IMG/VR virus record: IMGVR_UViG_3300011008_002750
Coordinates: 56,855 to 120,854 of that record
Strand: one strand, 5' to 3'
Origin: a virus
Taxonomy: Duplodnaviria > Caudoviricetes
DNA: 64,000 nt
Position 1 is the first letter of the stretch; each line of letters opens with the position of its first letter. The notes beneath the pieces are model-generated. The model did no database searches and was not told the origin of the DNA. It saw nothing but the letters and a program-made list of their open reading frames with translations. This document shows positions 1-12,845 of this stretch, piece after piece. Made by a program: the position numbers and the translations under genes.

Positions 1-2
1 AC

Positions 3-449
3 TTATATGTTCAACAACCAGATTATGACCCAATTAAAGTATTAGTTGAATTTGCAAAACGTGATGATGTTAAAAAAGCTGGTGGAATTTTCAAATATTT
101 AAGTAATAATAGGGTAGAGGTTTCTGTTAATTCTAATCATGAATATGAATATAATTTTAGTGAGCCTATTCGTCCTAGTAGAGAATTATATGCTCATGAG
201 TTAAATGATTTATTAGTATGGTATAATATGTCATGTGCACTTGACAAAGAAAATCATAAAATTGCAGTGACAGACTTTGAAGGAAAGGTTGAAGAGCATG
301 AAGTTTTTGAATATGTAAAAATTCAACAATATATTGATGCTGAAGAAGATTTTGCAATTGATTATGTAGATATTAATGATTATTTGGAAAATCCATTTCT
401 TCATAGGTGGATTGCAAAAGAATATATCAAAAAAATAAAACAAGCATAA
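3..449 (+). CDS. Hypothetical protein, 5'-truncated by the window edge
   Basis: Frame 3 is open from position 3 (LYVQQPDYDPIKVLVEF...) to TAA at 447-449 and includes track ORF 228..449. Confidence 0.75.
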   Translation, partial: LYVQQPDYDPIKVLVEFAKRDDVKKAGGIFKYLSNNRVEVSVNSNHEYEYNFSEPIRPSRELYAHELNDLLVWYNMSCALDKENHKIAVTDFEGKVEEHEVFEYVKIQQYIDAEEDFAIDYVDINDYLENPFLHRWIAKEYIKKIKQA

Positions 450-488
450 ATTTTTGTTATATAATAAAAGAAATTAAAAAGAAATCTA

Positions 489-716
489 ATGGAAAATAAT
501 ACAAATCCAAAACAACAATTATTTACTGAATTATTTCGTCCAAAAACATTAGAACAAGCTGTAATAGTTCCGAGAATTAGAGAAGAATTATCTAAAGGGT
601 TGGTAGACAATATTTTATTTAGTGGAAAACCTGGAAGTGGCAAATGTTTAGGTTATGATGAAAAAATAGATGTATATGTTGATGAAGAAACATATAATAT
701 TCTATTTAAAGAGTAA
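489..716 (+). CDS. Clamp loader ATPase (RFC/T4 gp44-like) N-extein fused to a 23-aa split-intein N-fragment
   Basis: LFTELFRPKTL and NILFSGKPGSGK (Walker A) are followed directly by CLGYDEKIDV (intein block A, Cys at 645), then TAA. Confidence 0.9.
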   Translation: MENNTNPKQQLFTELFRPKTLEQAVIVPRIREELSKGLVDNILFSGKPGSGKCLGYDEKIDVYVDEETYNILFKE

Positions 717-779
717 ATGTGATTTTTTTCTTTCCACATCCAAGATAAATATAATATAAAATATTATTTTATTAAAGAT

Positions 780-2174
780 ATGGAAGAAAAATATATTATT
801 TTTAGAGATTTACCATTATTATATATGCTAAAAAATGAAATAGTATAGTAGTTAGAAAAATATAATATAATTACTATATATGATTTTTCTATTGCAGATT
901 TAGTTAATAATAATGTTAAATCTTTTTATATATCTAATAATAAATTTGAAGAACGTAAATATCCGCATTCAACTTGGTGTAGATATAATAAAAAATGTAA
1001 ATAGTATATAACATTTGATACATATAATTTATTATATAATAATTATTTTTATATAAAAGATAATATTATATAGTTTAGTAATATTAAAGATTATCCAAAT
1101 GAACTTAGAAAGCTTACTGCTATATTAAGTCATGATAATTGCATTAATACAGTTAATAATACATTTCAATATTTAAAAAATAATAATTTATTAAAATTTG
1201 AAAATAATATTATTATATGTGATTGTAAAGAATTTGTAAAAACTTATAGAGCAATTGCAGATCATCCTTTATGGTTTATAGGTAATAATGAAAATATAAA
1301 TTATAATAATAAAGAAAATTTATCAAATATACAAAAATTTTTAATAGATGGTGGAAATATTAGAGATATTACACCTGATTCAATTTTATGTATAAAATGG
1401 TGGTTAGCCCGAGGATGGGATGAAAATTATGCTAAACAAAAAATATCAGAACTTCAAAGTAAAAATTCATTAAAATATTAGAATAAACGAGAACAAAATC
1501 CAGAATAGTATAAAGACATATAGAAAAATCAAATTGGTTATTGGATAAAGTTAGGTTATTCTGAATAGGAAGCTAAAGAAAAAGTTAAAGAAAGACAATA
1601 GACATTTACATTAGAAAAATGTATTCAAAGATATGGTGAAATTGAAGGGCGGAAAAAATTCGAAGAGCGCTAGAAAAAATGGTAGAATACATTATAGTCT
1701 AAAGATGATTATATTGAAGTAATAATAAAAAGGTGTTCTCATTCATTTTATTCAAATATATCTTAGGAATTATTTGATAAATTATATTAGTTATTACAAG
1801 AAAATAATATAAATTGCAATGTTTATTATCATAATTTAAATCATGAATGGGGATTTGGAATTAAAAAGCACGGTGGAGTTTTATATGATTTTGTTATTCC
1901 TGAATTAAAATATGCAATAGAATTTAATGGAAATAGATTTCATCCAAATAAAGAAAAATTATCTAAAGAAGAATTTAAAAATTGGACAAATCCTTGGGGA
2001 GTTACCGCTAAAGAACAATATAAACATGATATGTTTAAAAATAATGCAATAATTAATAAGGGTTTTACTTTAGATATTATTTGGGAAGATGAATATTTAG
2101 AAAACAAAGATAAAATTTTAAATATAATATTAAACAGAATTAAACAAATATATAATGGCACAAAAATTAGTTAA
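780..2174 (+). CDS. Free-standing Vsr/DUF559-like PD-(D/E)XK homing endonuclease, 464 aa (TAG=Gln)
   Basis: Open from ATG 780 to TAA 2172-2174 with about 14 in-frame TAG. C-terminal YDFVIPELKYAIEFNGNRFHP...IIWEDE; repeated YW-x-x-x-GYSE-x-EAK motifs. Overlaps the next start codon. Confidence 0.85.
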
Positions 2175-3384
2175 AGTTAATATTTCTATTGGAGAGTTAT
2201 TTGATAAACTTAATTTAAATAATTCTAAATATGAAGAAACGCAACATTCTAAATATAAAGTTTATATAGAAAATGTTGATGGAGAAATTGTTCCTATTTT
2301 AGGATATGTTAAAAAACGTGTAAATTTATGTAAGTATACATATAAAGCCGTAGCAAATGATAATGTTTATACATTAACATGTAGTGATAAACATATTCTT
2401 ATTGATGAATATGGAAAAAATTGTTTAGCTAAAGATGCAAATTATTGTCAAAATATATATGATGGCAAATTAGAAAAAATTAATGAAGAAGTACTAGGTG
2501 AAGGCGATGCATATGATATTGCTATAAAGGCACCACATTTATATTTTACATCTAATGGAATTATTCATCATAATACTACTTTAACTCGTATCCTTGCATC
2601 TGAATGTGATGACCCACTTTATATTAATGCATCTTTGGAACGCGGCATTGACACTATTCGTGAAAAGATTATTAGTTATGCTTCATCTTCATCATTATGG
2701 GGTGGTGAAGAAAAACTTAAAGTTATTATTCTTGAGGAGTGCGACAATTTGACAAATGACGCTTGGTCAGCTCTTCGTGCAACTATTGAACAATTCCATA
2801 GAACAACTCGATTTATTGGAAACTGCAACTATATTGAAAAAATTCCAGAGCCAATTCAATCACGTTTCAATTGCATCCCAATTGAACCAATTAATCAAGA
2901 GGAAGAAGCATATTTGTTAAATGGTTTTACTGAGAGAGCTAAATTAATTTTGAATGCGTGCCATATCACTTATAAAGACGAGGATGTTGAGAAATTTGTG
3001 AAGGCAGATTTTCCAGATATGCGGTCAATCATTAAAAAGATTCAACAATTATATACAAGAGGCATTACAGAATTAACTCCTGCAACATTAGGGACAACTT
3101 TTGACTGTGGACAATTATTCAATATAATTATGACTCCCGGCAACCCTACAGAGAATTATAAAGCTTTAGTAGCAGATTGGTCAACAAAAGCTGAAGATGG
3201 GTTATTGATGCTTGGACAACAATTCCCAAATTATATTCAGACGGTTTGTCCAGATAGAATAAATAAATTACCAATGGTTATTATAACCATTTGTGAATAT
3301 CAATCTCAACTTCATTATGCAATTGACAAATTTATTGTTTTGTTGGCATTGATATATAAATTACAAAATATTATGAATAGTTAA
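2155..3384 (+). CDS. Split-intein C-fragment (140 aa) fused to clamp loader C-extein
   Basis: Intein blocks B (LTCSDKH), F (AYDIAI) and G (NGIIHHN, ending 2574) are followed by TTLTRILA, then INASLERGID, IILEECD (Walker B) and SRF: RFC/gp44 signatures. Confidence 0.9.
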   Translation: MAQKLVKVNISIGELFDKLNLNNSKYEETQHSKYKVYIENVDGEIVPILGYVKKRVNLCKYTYKAVANDNVYTLTCSDKHILIDEYGKNCLAKDANYCQNIYDGKLEKINEEVLGEGDAYDIAIKAPHLYFTSNGIIHHNTTLTRILASECDDPLYINASLERGIDTIREKIISYASSSSLWGGEEKLKVIILEECDNLTNDAWSALRATIEQFHRTTRFIGNCNYIEKIPEPIQSRFNCIPIEPINQEEEAYLLNGFTERAKLILNACHITYKDEDVEKFVKADFPDMRSIIKKIQQLYTRGITELTPATLGTTFDCGQLFNIIMTPGNPTENYKALVADWSTKAEDGLLMLGQQFPNYIQTVCPDRINKLPMVIITICEYQSQLHYAIDKFIVLLALIYKLQNIMNS

Positions 3385-3386
3385 TT

Positions 3387-3734
3387 ATGTGGTTTATAAA
3401 AGTAGATGATGATTTAACATTAGAAAATGTATGTGATATTACTAATACAGAGCCTAAGGCTTTGTTTAATCCATTACATGAAGATGTTTTGAATATTATT
3501 TTGCGTGATGTAGATGATCATACGCAACATACTAATAATATGATATATACAAATATCACTATTCCATTTGAAAATGTTGATTTGACTATGAAAAATGGAG
3601 TTCCATTTGGAGAAATCGATAAAGATATTACCGGGCTTAGTTTATATATTGATGAAGACAATTATGCACTTGCAGACCAAATTATGAATTCATTTGATGA
3701 ATGGGATGCACGCGCAATGATGGCAAAACTTTAA
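3387..3734 (+). CDS. Hypothetical protein
   Basis: 115-aa ORF immediately after the clamp loader; TAA stop. Confidence 0.75.
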   Translation: MWFIKVDDDLTLENVCDITNTEPKALFNPLHEDVLNIILRDVDDHTQHTNNMIYTNITIPFENVDLTMKNGVPFGEIDKDITGLSLYIDEDNYALADQIMNSFDEWDARAMMAKL

Positions 3735-3756
3735 AAGATTTTAAAATATGATAAGA

Positions 3757-3786
3757 AAAATGAGATTCAAATTTGAATCTCATTTG
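3757..3786. terminator. Bidirectional hairpin terminator between convergent genes
   Basis: aaatgagattcaaa / tttgaatctcattt inverted repeat flanked by A/T tracts. Confidence 0.65.
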
Positions 3787-4679
3787 TTTTGTAATTGTTT
3801 TGGTTTATATTTTTCTTCAATAGGACAATTCATAAACACACTTTCATAATTATAATATGGATAAAATACCCCACTTGTATCAAATATATCTGCATCATTT
3901 TTAAATTTCCAATTTGAAATATCCTAATTGAATGAATCTGCATCTAAAAACATACATTTTAATAATTTGACGTTAGACACATCCCATTTACCAATTGGCT
4001 AATTAAATTTTTTAGCAAATGTAAACATATGTTCCATATTTACAACTTTAGAAACATTCCAATTAGAAATGTTTTGATTAAATTCGGCACAGCCCCAAAA
4101 CATTCCTTCCATAGTTTTAGCATTAGATACATCCCATTTAGAAATATCACAATTAAATGGATATTGCTTCTTAAATTTATCGGCTTGTGGATAATCTAAG
4201 TAATCAGTAAAATTAAATAAGAAACTCATATCTGTTACGCCAGAAACATCTATCCAATTCAAATCACAATTTGGCCCATTTTCTTCAACTGCTTCAATTA
4301 TAATTTTCTACAAATCTCTTTTTGATGTAATTTTTCTAAATTTACTATCAAAAAGTGGTTTATTTTTTTCATAAATTTCATATAAATCTTCATCTAATTC
4401 ATTTGGATTATATCTATTAATCATATATCTAATAATATAAAACTATTCTTCTGTTATACCTAATTCTTTAAGATATAATGGCAAATTTTTAAATACAGCT
4501 TGCCACATTTCATTAGATAATGGTCTATTATGTTGAATATTTTGCGCTATTAGTTTTTCAAATGGCACTGATACCTATTTAGATTTAATATTCTAAACTT
4601 GTTCATCATCGTCAAAATCATCTAGGGCTAGCTAGATACCATTATTTATTGCTTCTAATATTTTATTATAGTTTTTCAT
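3780..4679 (-). CDS. DUF285/BspA-type repeat protein with conserved MKNYNKILEA leader, 299 aa (TAG=Gln)
   Basis: FNxxIxxWDVSNVxxMxxMF repeats (FN-CAA-NI versus FN-TAG-PI and FN-TAG-DI); ATG 4679 to TGA 3780. Confidence 0.85.
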
Positions 4680-4781
4680 AATTAATTTATTATTTCAATA
4701 TATTTATTTTTATAAATAAAAACTAAGTTTCTGTAAAAATATAAAATAAATAATAAAAGAAATTTATATATAACATAAATT

Positions 4782-5648
4782 ATGAAAATGAAGTTTCCAT
4801 ATGAATTATCTGAATAGAGAATAAGTTTATTATCTAAAGAAGATTAGAGAATATATAGATTTGAGCATTCAGATTTTTTCGATTATAATACTAAATAGAG
4901 ATGCATGCAAGAATATCAAAATGCTTTATTAGAGCGTCAAGGATATTATGTGCAAGAAATTAAAAAGGATCCACAATTTAATTATCTTAATGAATCTGAA
5001 GTTTTTGAAACTGCCAATGAATTAACACTATATGAAACTAATTAGTTTATAGATGAATTAGGTGCTATTATAGAAACTGCAATATTAGAAGGAATATATA
5101 CTGAAGGTGAAGCAGCTGAAGTAATAACAGAAATAGTTAATAATATGCAAGATTTTGGAAAAAGGGCCTTAAATGAAAGAGCAGCAGATACTATTGGTCC
5201 TGATATGACATGGTGGGCAGAAGGTTTAGGAGGAATATTTGCTGGGGCATTTAGTATTATTATAGCAATGATAATGCGCGGAAAAACAAAAGGAGCAATT
5301 CGAGCATTAGAAAATTATATGAATGAAATTGTAGAAAAAGTTGATGATGGTGTTAATAAAACTAAAGGACGTGGTTTATGGAATAGAATAAAATCTTTAT
5401 TTGGAAAAAAATTAAAAGAAGGTGAATAGAATACTATATGCCTTAGAATGCTTCAAGAAAATTTTTAGGCTGATATAGCTACAAAATCTATGGTTTTATG
5501 TAAAAAAATTGGTTTACTTCCAGATAATTGGGATACTGCTTTTTCTTATATAATATAGAGTAATTTTACTGCTGGTTCTTATCAAGATTTTATTAATAAT
5601 ATTGCAGAGCCAGTTAATGAATTAGGAAACCTTAAGTCAAATGAATAA
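4782..5648 (+). CDS. Hypothetical protein with a hydrophobic segment, 288 aa (TAG=Gln)
   Basis: Continuous frame through several TAGs to TAA; contains GLGGIFAGAFSIIIAMIM. Confidence 0.75.
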
Positions 5649-5677
5649 AAATGAAAAATAAAATTTTATTTTAATAT

Positions 5678-8600
5678 ATGAAAATTAAAATTAAAAATAA
5701 TAAGAATATAAAAGAATTAAAAGAAAGCCAATTGTTAGAATTGGATAATCCAGCTATACAAGAAAATAATAAATCGACTGCTGCTAATTTATATAAAGCG
5801 CTATGCGCAAAGCAATTTATATAGGATCGCAAAAAGGAGGATGTTCTTATTAATGTTGTAGTTCCAGATAAATTATATACAAATTTAAATATCTTAAAGT
5901 CCCCAATAGATATATAGAATTTAATGACATCTGCTATTACCAATAAATCTGAAAAAACTAGGGATTTTGAAAAATGGGGGATGGTTGATCCAATTGCTAC
6001 ATATAATTCAGCTGAAGATTGTTGTGCAACTGCATTTAAAAATTTTAATTCTAAAATTCAATTAGCCAAATCCAAAGATGAGCAACAACTGAATAAAGAA
6101 AATGTTGCATCAGAAGGCATTTTAATTAAAAATACTAATGTATTAAATGAAATTACCACTGCAGCCGCAACTGCTGCTGGAGTTCAAAGTGGATTAGCTA
6201 TTTCTCATGGAATTAATCTAATTAATTGTTTTGGAGCGGGATTAGTTAGTACTGTTGGTGCAACTGTTACTGTATGGGGTTCTTTATTTGCTGGATTATG
6301 TGTCGGCACACATGAGATATCAAAATATGCCGGCTATAAATTAACAGATGCAACTCCAAATGGAACAAAACAAGATGGAAAAGAAATCACAGATCCAAGT
6401 AAAGATATTTTATCTAATATAACTAAAAGTACTACATTAGATTTTAATAATGTATCTCCAGCAATAGAAACATATATTAATGATATTATGCAATCTATTA
6501 GAGATTTATTATAGGGATTGTCTCCAAATATGTTAGAGGACTTTAATAAAATTTCTAAATATATTACAAATTATATGGCAGTATCATCAGATAAAGCTGA
6601 AAATTTTATAAAGGAAAACTCTGAAGCATTAAAAGAATAGGAAAAGATAAGGCATGATAAAGAAATTATTGATTTAAATAAACAAAAAACTGCATTAGAA
6701 AAACAATCAAATTTTATAACAAAAATGTTAGAAGCAGCTAGTGCTGAATAGCAAATACGAAAAGATGAATTTGTAAAAATTAACGCAATTATTAATTATT
6801 ATAAAACTGCTAATTCAAAAGACTATGAAAAAAAGAGAATGTTGGAAGATGCATTAGAAGAAGGTGGCATTAAAAAAGTTATTGTAACATATACTACAAG
6901 TATCGAGAAATCACCTAAAAAGACGCAAGAAACACCTCAACTTGCATCTGCTGCATATTTAGGAAATAATAGTAATAGTTTAAATGAAGCTGCAGAAGAA
7001 TTAGCAGTAGGAAATAAACCAGATTTACCATTAGATACAATATATAAAGGGCTATACACAGATCTTAAAAGCAATTTTGATGCATTATGCGCTAAATTTG
7101 ATAAAAAGCAAATGACAAATTTGGAAGAAACCAAAGAAAATATGAAGCTCCTTATTGACGAAGCGGATAAAACTATTAAAGATCGAATAGAAAAAATAAC
7201 AAAATCTAATTAGACCTCATCTGGAAATGAATCTGGATTAACTAAAGCTGCTGTACAATTTTTAGCTGGACATCCGTTAGAAGCTGATAATTTATTAGAA
7301 ATTTGGAGTCGTCATTTAGCAGATCTTAAATAGCGAATGAATGCAAGAATTAAAATAATGACTGATACTGGAAATTCAACCAGAACACTTGGATGGACTA
7401 TTTCATTTTTACAAAATGTTATGCCTGATCTTATATCAAGGCTGCTCACATATCGTTATGGGTATTAGGTATTAGCTAAAAAAGGAATGTATACATATAA
7501 TACAGCCAAAATTAAAAAGGATATGGAGTTGTATAATGATACAAGTACTGGCCTTAAAACTATATATGAAGAGAGTCCAAGGGCTAAATTAATTTTCATT
7601 TTAAATAATTATAGTGGAGATTATACTAATACTGGTAAAAGTTGTATATCTCCAGATGAAAATGGTAAATTTACTTTAAATGAAAATTATTTAGCATACG
7701 GTTCATTATTAGCTAAAAAACTTAAACCTAGACTATCTGATGAAAATATTATTAAAATGGGAGTAGACTTAGCAAATATTAATAAAACTATAGAAGGCGC
7801 TGAATATTTATATAATGGCTTATATGGGGCACTTAAAAGATATCCAGCAATGTCGCTTTTTCCACAAAGTGATAATTTTGAAATAGAATTTGATAATTTA
7901 ATTAATACATTTAAAATGAATGATGAAATTAAAGCATTAAAAGATACTATATTAACGGCATATAATAAAATTAAAAATATAGGTAATAATGTATTATCCA
8001 ACTTAAATGTAGAAAATGCTAAAAATATTGCATAGTCATTTTATATTATTGCTAATAATAATCCAATGGTTATTTATAACATATATATGAAAAACGAAGG
8101 TGATATTACAAAATTATTAACAGAATTTAAAGCAGCAGAAAAAAATGATAATAAAACTTTAAATAAAATTAGGCAAGATATACATAAAATATTTTCTAAT
8201 ATTGATTTTTCAAATCTTAATGAAACCGATGAAAACATATATATATCAACAATTAAAAATATGTTTGAATCAAAATATAATAATGACTATTATTCATATA
8301 TTATTTCATTTGCAGATAGAACAAAATTAGGAATACCACATTTATTTTCAAAAAATGGTATTAAACAATCATGTGCAATATTTCCAGTCTTAGTAGAGCT
8401 GGCTTCATCCGGTATATTATCATATGTAGAAGATGAAGATAAATCAGAAAAAGTTGATACCACTAAAATTGATGAATTAATTAAAGAAATTAAAGATATC
8501 CCGTGTGCAAAACTTGCTGCATATAATACATTATCATCTATTGATGCATCAAATAATCCTACTTTTGAAGAATGTAAAAAGATTTTAATATATAATCAAA

Positions 8601-8965
8601 ATGAATATATAAAATCAACTATTAAAGAATATAATAAAATATCTAGTGATGTTGCAGCAAAAGCAGAATCAAATAAATCTAAATATGTATTAGATTTGTA
8701 GGGTGATACTAATAATTTAAGTAATATTATAATTAAAATAGGTGAAAAACAATATGAAAATTATGATAGTAAATCATTAATTACAGATTTAAGTACATAT
8801 TCTATTAAAGATACTAGTATACAATTTAATAAGTTAGATGATAATGATAAACTTATTATTTGTAATAATTTATTAACTGCTATAAAAAATTCAAAAGATA
8901 TTGTTGAATATAAATAGATAGTTAAAAGTATTGATGATGCAATTAAAATTGCTGATGAAGAATAA
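5678..8965 (+). CDS. Large hypothetical protein, probably virion/internal, 1095 aa (TAG=Gln)
   Basis: Track ORFs 5924, 6839, 7487 and 8066 share one frame and are separated only by TAG; Ala/Gly-rich hydrophobic stretch near the N-terminus. Confidence 0.8.
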
Positions 8966-8995
8966 TATATAAAATAAATATATTGAATTAAAATT

Positions 8996-9277
8996 ATGGA
9001 AGAAATATATTTCGGTAATAAAACATATTAGTTTAATAATAATATTTTATTTGAATCTGATATTGTGGATTTAAATGAAGAAAATAAAAAAGAAAAAGTA
9101 GATACATTTAATGGTGCATTAGATGTTATTATGTAGAGTGAAGAAAAAGCAAAAAAGTTTTTATAGGAATTAAATAATACAAAGAATTCAGAACAAAACG
9201 GTAATTAGGAAGATATTAATAAAATAGATTAGACCGCAACTGTATTTGCTACTCCTATGTCACTTCCTAAATTATAA
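8996..9277 (+). CDS. Hypothetical protein, 93 aa (TAG=Gln)
   Basis: ATG 8996 to TAA 9275-9277 with in-frame TAGs. Confidence 0.65.
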
Positions 9278-9289
9278 TAAAATTATATT

Positions 9290-10756
9290 ATGCAATTTGA
9301 TTTTAATAAAAATATTAATGAATCTGAAGAATCTTATAAATCATTATTATAGTTTTATAAGAAAACCCATTAGTTTTCAAAATTGGCAGAATTGATTAAA
9401 TAGCATCAAGCTGAAAAAGCTATGCAAACTGATACTATTTCTAAAGAACCTGACGAAAATATTACTGTAGATAATCATATTGTTAAAGATCCGTCAATAT
9501 ATACTAAATTTGAAAAAACTATTGATAATTCTAATTTTAAATCTTTATTATTAAAAGTTGCTCAAATTCATGAATAGATTCTTGATTTATATGAGTATAC
9601 TTTATATGAAGATAATTGGACTGACACAACTAATGATCAGTTTGAAAATTTGTTATCAGAATATAATAAAAATTTAGATTAGCTTAAATCTGAACTTCCT
9701 TCGGTGGAATGGCATTCAGAAAAACTCAAATCTGAATTTATGAGGATATTTAATGAAGTTTTGATAGAAGATGCTAATTCATGGAATAGAGTTTATGCAC
9801 GTCATACTAATTATTTAAGATATAGAACTAATCGTAAAAATATTATTCTATAGATTGCAGATATTATTGGCAAATTAAAAATATCAAAAGGCAGTGATGA
9901 AAATGCAATATTCAAATATTTTAATAATAGATGCGCAAATATTCAATTATATGATAATTCTAATAAAGCAGGTAAAAAAGACGTTCTTTTAAATTGGTTT
10001 AAACCTAATTTAAATAAAATTATTGATGAACTTCGCGATGATGGTTTATTTGTATCTGGCAGTTCTGTTGATGCAGTAACTATTTCAAGAATATTTCATT
10101 TATATGTTAAATGTCGTAAATTAGCATATGCAATATTTAATTTAATGACATCTAATAGTGACTATAATGGATATGATAAATGGCATAATAGATTTATTGA
10201 TTACTGCGATGCAACATTAGCTGACAAACAATTAGAGTTTTTAATAAATGCAGTTGATGCTGAAAATCAATTTGAAGATGTTGATGACTATCAAAATATA
10301 ATGGACGAAGAGTCGTGGGAAGCTAAAGGAATTTATGAATCGTGGTTTGATGACAGTTTGGAATATTATCAGTCTCATAAAGAAAGATATAATAAATCTA
10401 AAATCAATAAAATAAACATGGTTCCTACTAATGCTAATCAATGCAGAGTCACATGTGATGGTAAAAATGTTTATGCAAATGCAACATTCTATCCTGGTGA
10501 TATTATTGAAATTTGTCCAACTAAAAAAATAGACAAAGCTGCGTTATATTCTAAAGATATGAGGGAATCCGTTTTTGAAGTTGTTCCAAATGAAGAGTGG
10601 GTTCTTCCCTATGGATATTGCAGATTTTACTTAAGTGATCATTTAGGTGATGGAAATTGCAATTATATTTGGGATCCAGTAAATAGAGTTATTGTTATAA
10701 AAGCAATAAATAAAATACCAAAATACAGCAAACTATTATTAAATATATAGTTATAA
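9290..10756 (+). CDS. Hypothetical protein with a degenerate C-terminal SET-like domain, 488 aa (TAG=Gln)
   Basis: GKNVYANATFYPGDIIEICP...LPYGY...IVIKAINKIPK resembles the viral SET fold; the NHS motif is absent. Confidence 0.65.
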
Positions 10757-10849
10757 ATAACGCTTGGAATAATTTTTTCAAAAAATTATAATAAATAATA
10801 AAAGAGATATAAAAAATAGGATATAAGTATCCACAAATATATATTAATT

Positions 10850-11326
10850 ATGAAAAATTTTAATACAGTTTATAATAATAGCAGACAACAAGTTTTAAAA
10901 GAAAGAGCTGCAATGTATGAGTCACAAAAGGTGGCAATTGTAAAAGTTCTTAAAGAGAACTATATGGTTACTGGCAATATTTCTGATCTTCCGGTAGAAG
11001 AGCAAAAACAATTTGCTGCGCGTCTTCTTGAATATTGGTCTCCAAAGACTGGTATTAAGAAAGAGGGTGTAAAGTTATTGAATGAAAATGAATTGACTTT
11101 ATCTCCAGCTTCTAATAAAGAGGACATCAAATTATATATTGAGAAGCAAGTTAAAAAACATTTAGTTGCTATAACAGAATCTTATCGTCAAAATAATGTT
11201 GGGTTAGTAACTGAAGCTATTAAAGCAGATGTTGAACCAAAGATTCATAAAACTCTTAAAGAATCTTTTGTCAATAATATTGTTTGGAATTTAATTTCTG
11301 ATCGTATTAAATTTGGATTAAATTGA
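10850..11326 (+). CDS. Hypothetical protein
   Basis: 158-aa ORF with a TGA stop. Confidence 0.75.
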   Translation: MKNFNTVYNNSRQQVLKERAAMYESQKVAIVKVLKENYMVTGNISDLPVEEQKQFAARLLEYWSPKTGIKKEGVKLLNENELTLSPASNKEDIKLYIEKQVKKHLVAITESYRQNNVGLVTEAIKADVEPKIHKTLKESFVNNIVWNLISDRIKFGLN

Positions 11327-11435
11327 TTTAATTTAAAAACCCTCCTAAATAATTAATATATAGAGAAATGAAATTGACTATTATTTATAATAGTTGATTT
11401 CATTTTATTATTATAGTTAAATAAATATATTAAAT

Positions 11436-12263
11436 ATGAAGAACTATAATAACATATTAGAAGCAGTCAACAGAGGAATTCAACTAGCCCTTGATGACTT
11501 TGATGATGAAGAATAGATTTAGAATGTTAAATCTAAATAGATTAATCATAGAGATTATACTAAAGACTATATAGATTTAATGAAAGATGTTGTTGATTTA
11601 GGTTTACCATCAAGGACTTTATGGTGTAAATATAATTTAGGTGTCAATCCAAACCAATTAACTACGCCAGAAGACTGGTATGGCAGTTATTATGCTTGGG
11701 GTGAATTAGAAGGAAATAAAACTAATAAAGATGGAAAAATTTATTTTAGTTGGGATAATTATAAATTTGGAAAAGATTATGATAAAATAACTAAATATTG
11801 TAATAATTCTAATAATGGTTTAAATGGTTTTACCGATAATTTAACTCAACTATTACCAGAAGATGATACAGCCTATTAGACTAAAAAACTTCATAATTTC
11901 AAATTTCATATACCTACTAAAAAACAGTATGAAGAATTAAAGAATTGTACTCAAAATTATTGTGTTAAAAATTATAATCCAAATAAAACTATTCACGATC
12001 CAGAAGATGATAAAGGAATTCAAGGATTGAATGGCAGGGTATTTGAAGGATAGAATAGAAATTAGTTGTTTATTCCGAGTGCGGGTTTATGTAATGGTTT
12101 TAATAATATTAATAGCGGTATGTTCGGATACTTATGGACTTCAAACCTTCGCTTAGATAATTCTAACTATGCTTACTACTTATTATCATATTCAGACCAT
12201 TTAGGTATTTATAATAATTATCGTTGTCATGGTTATAGCGTTCGTCCAGTAATAAATTTATAA
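11436..12263 (+). CDS. DLGLPSG-type (Fib_succ_major-like) domain protein with MKNYNNILEA leader, 275 aa (TAG=Gln)
   Basis: VDLGLPSRTLWCKYNLG...YYAWGE...IPTKKQYEEL...LFIPSAG...GYSVRPV. Confidence 0.8.
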
Positions 12264-12281
12264 AATGAAAACTAAGTAAAA

Positions 12282-12845
12282 ATGAATGACCAGTATAAAA
12301 GAACACATGCTCCAAGAAAAAGTGAGAATGTAAAATATCATCAAGGGTATTATATTCCTGAACATCCAGAAAAATGGTTAACGTAGGATGTAATATATAG
12401 AAGTTCTTGGGAATTTTTATTTTGTAGATGGTGCGATCAAAATCCATCAGTATTAAAAGTTGCATCAGAACCTATTGGAATTAAATATTTAGATCCAACA
12501 GGAAATATAGAATACTGTATGAAACATAATTTAGATTCAACTAATCCGCAAAATTGGAAGGCCCGAACATATTATACGGATTTTTGGATTGAAATAGCAG
12601 ATGAAACAAAACCAGATGGAAAGAAAAGAATTTTTATAGAAATAAAACCATATGATTAGACATAGTGCCCAAAACCACTAACTGAATCTGCAACATTAAA
12701 AGAACATAAAGCATATAATAGAGCTGCACAAACATATTTAACCAATATTTCTAAATGGACCGCCGCCAGGAAATACTTTGAAGAAAGAGGTGCAGAATTT
12801 ATGGTAATAACAGAAAGAACACTACAACAATTAGGATTATTATGA
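12282..12845 (+). CDS. Head completion nuclease (T4 gp4-like), 187 aa (TAG=Gln)
   Basis: YHQGYYIPEHPEK, IYRSSWE, SEPIGIKY, YYTDF, IEIKP, KW-x-AA and FMVITE motifs. Confidence 0.88.

Noticed and set aside
717-2154. Group I intron joining the two clamp-loader ORFs at RNA level
   Set aside because: Only about 63 nt of non-coding sequence is available, the endonuclease overlaps the downstream ATG, and no ribozyme core is visible.
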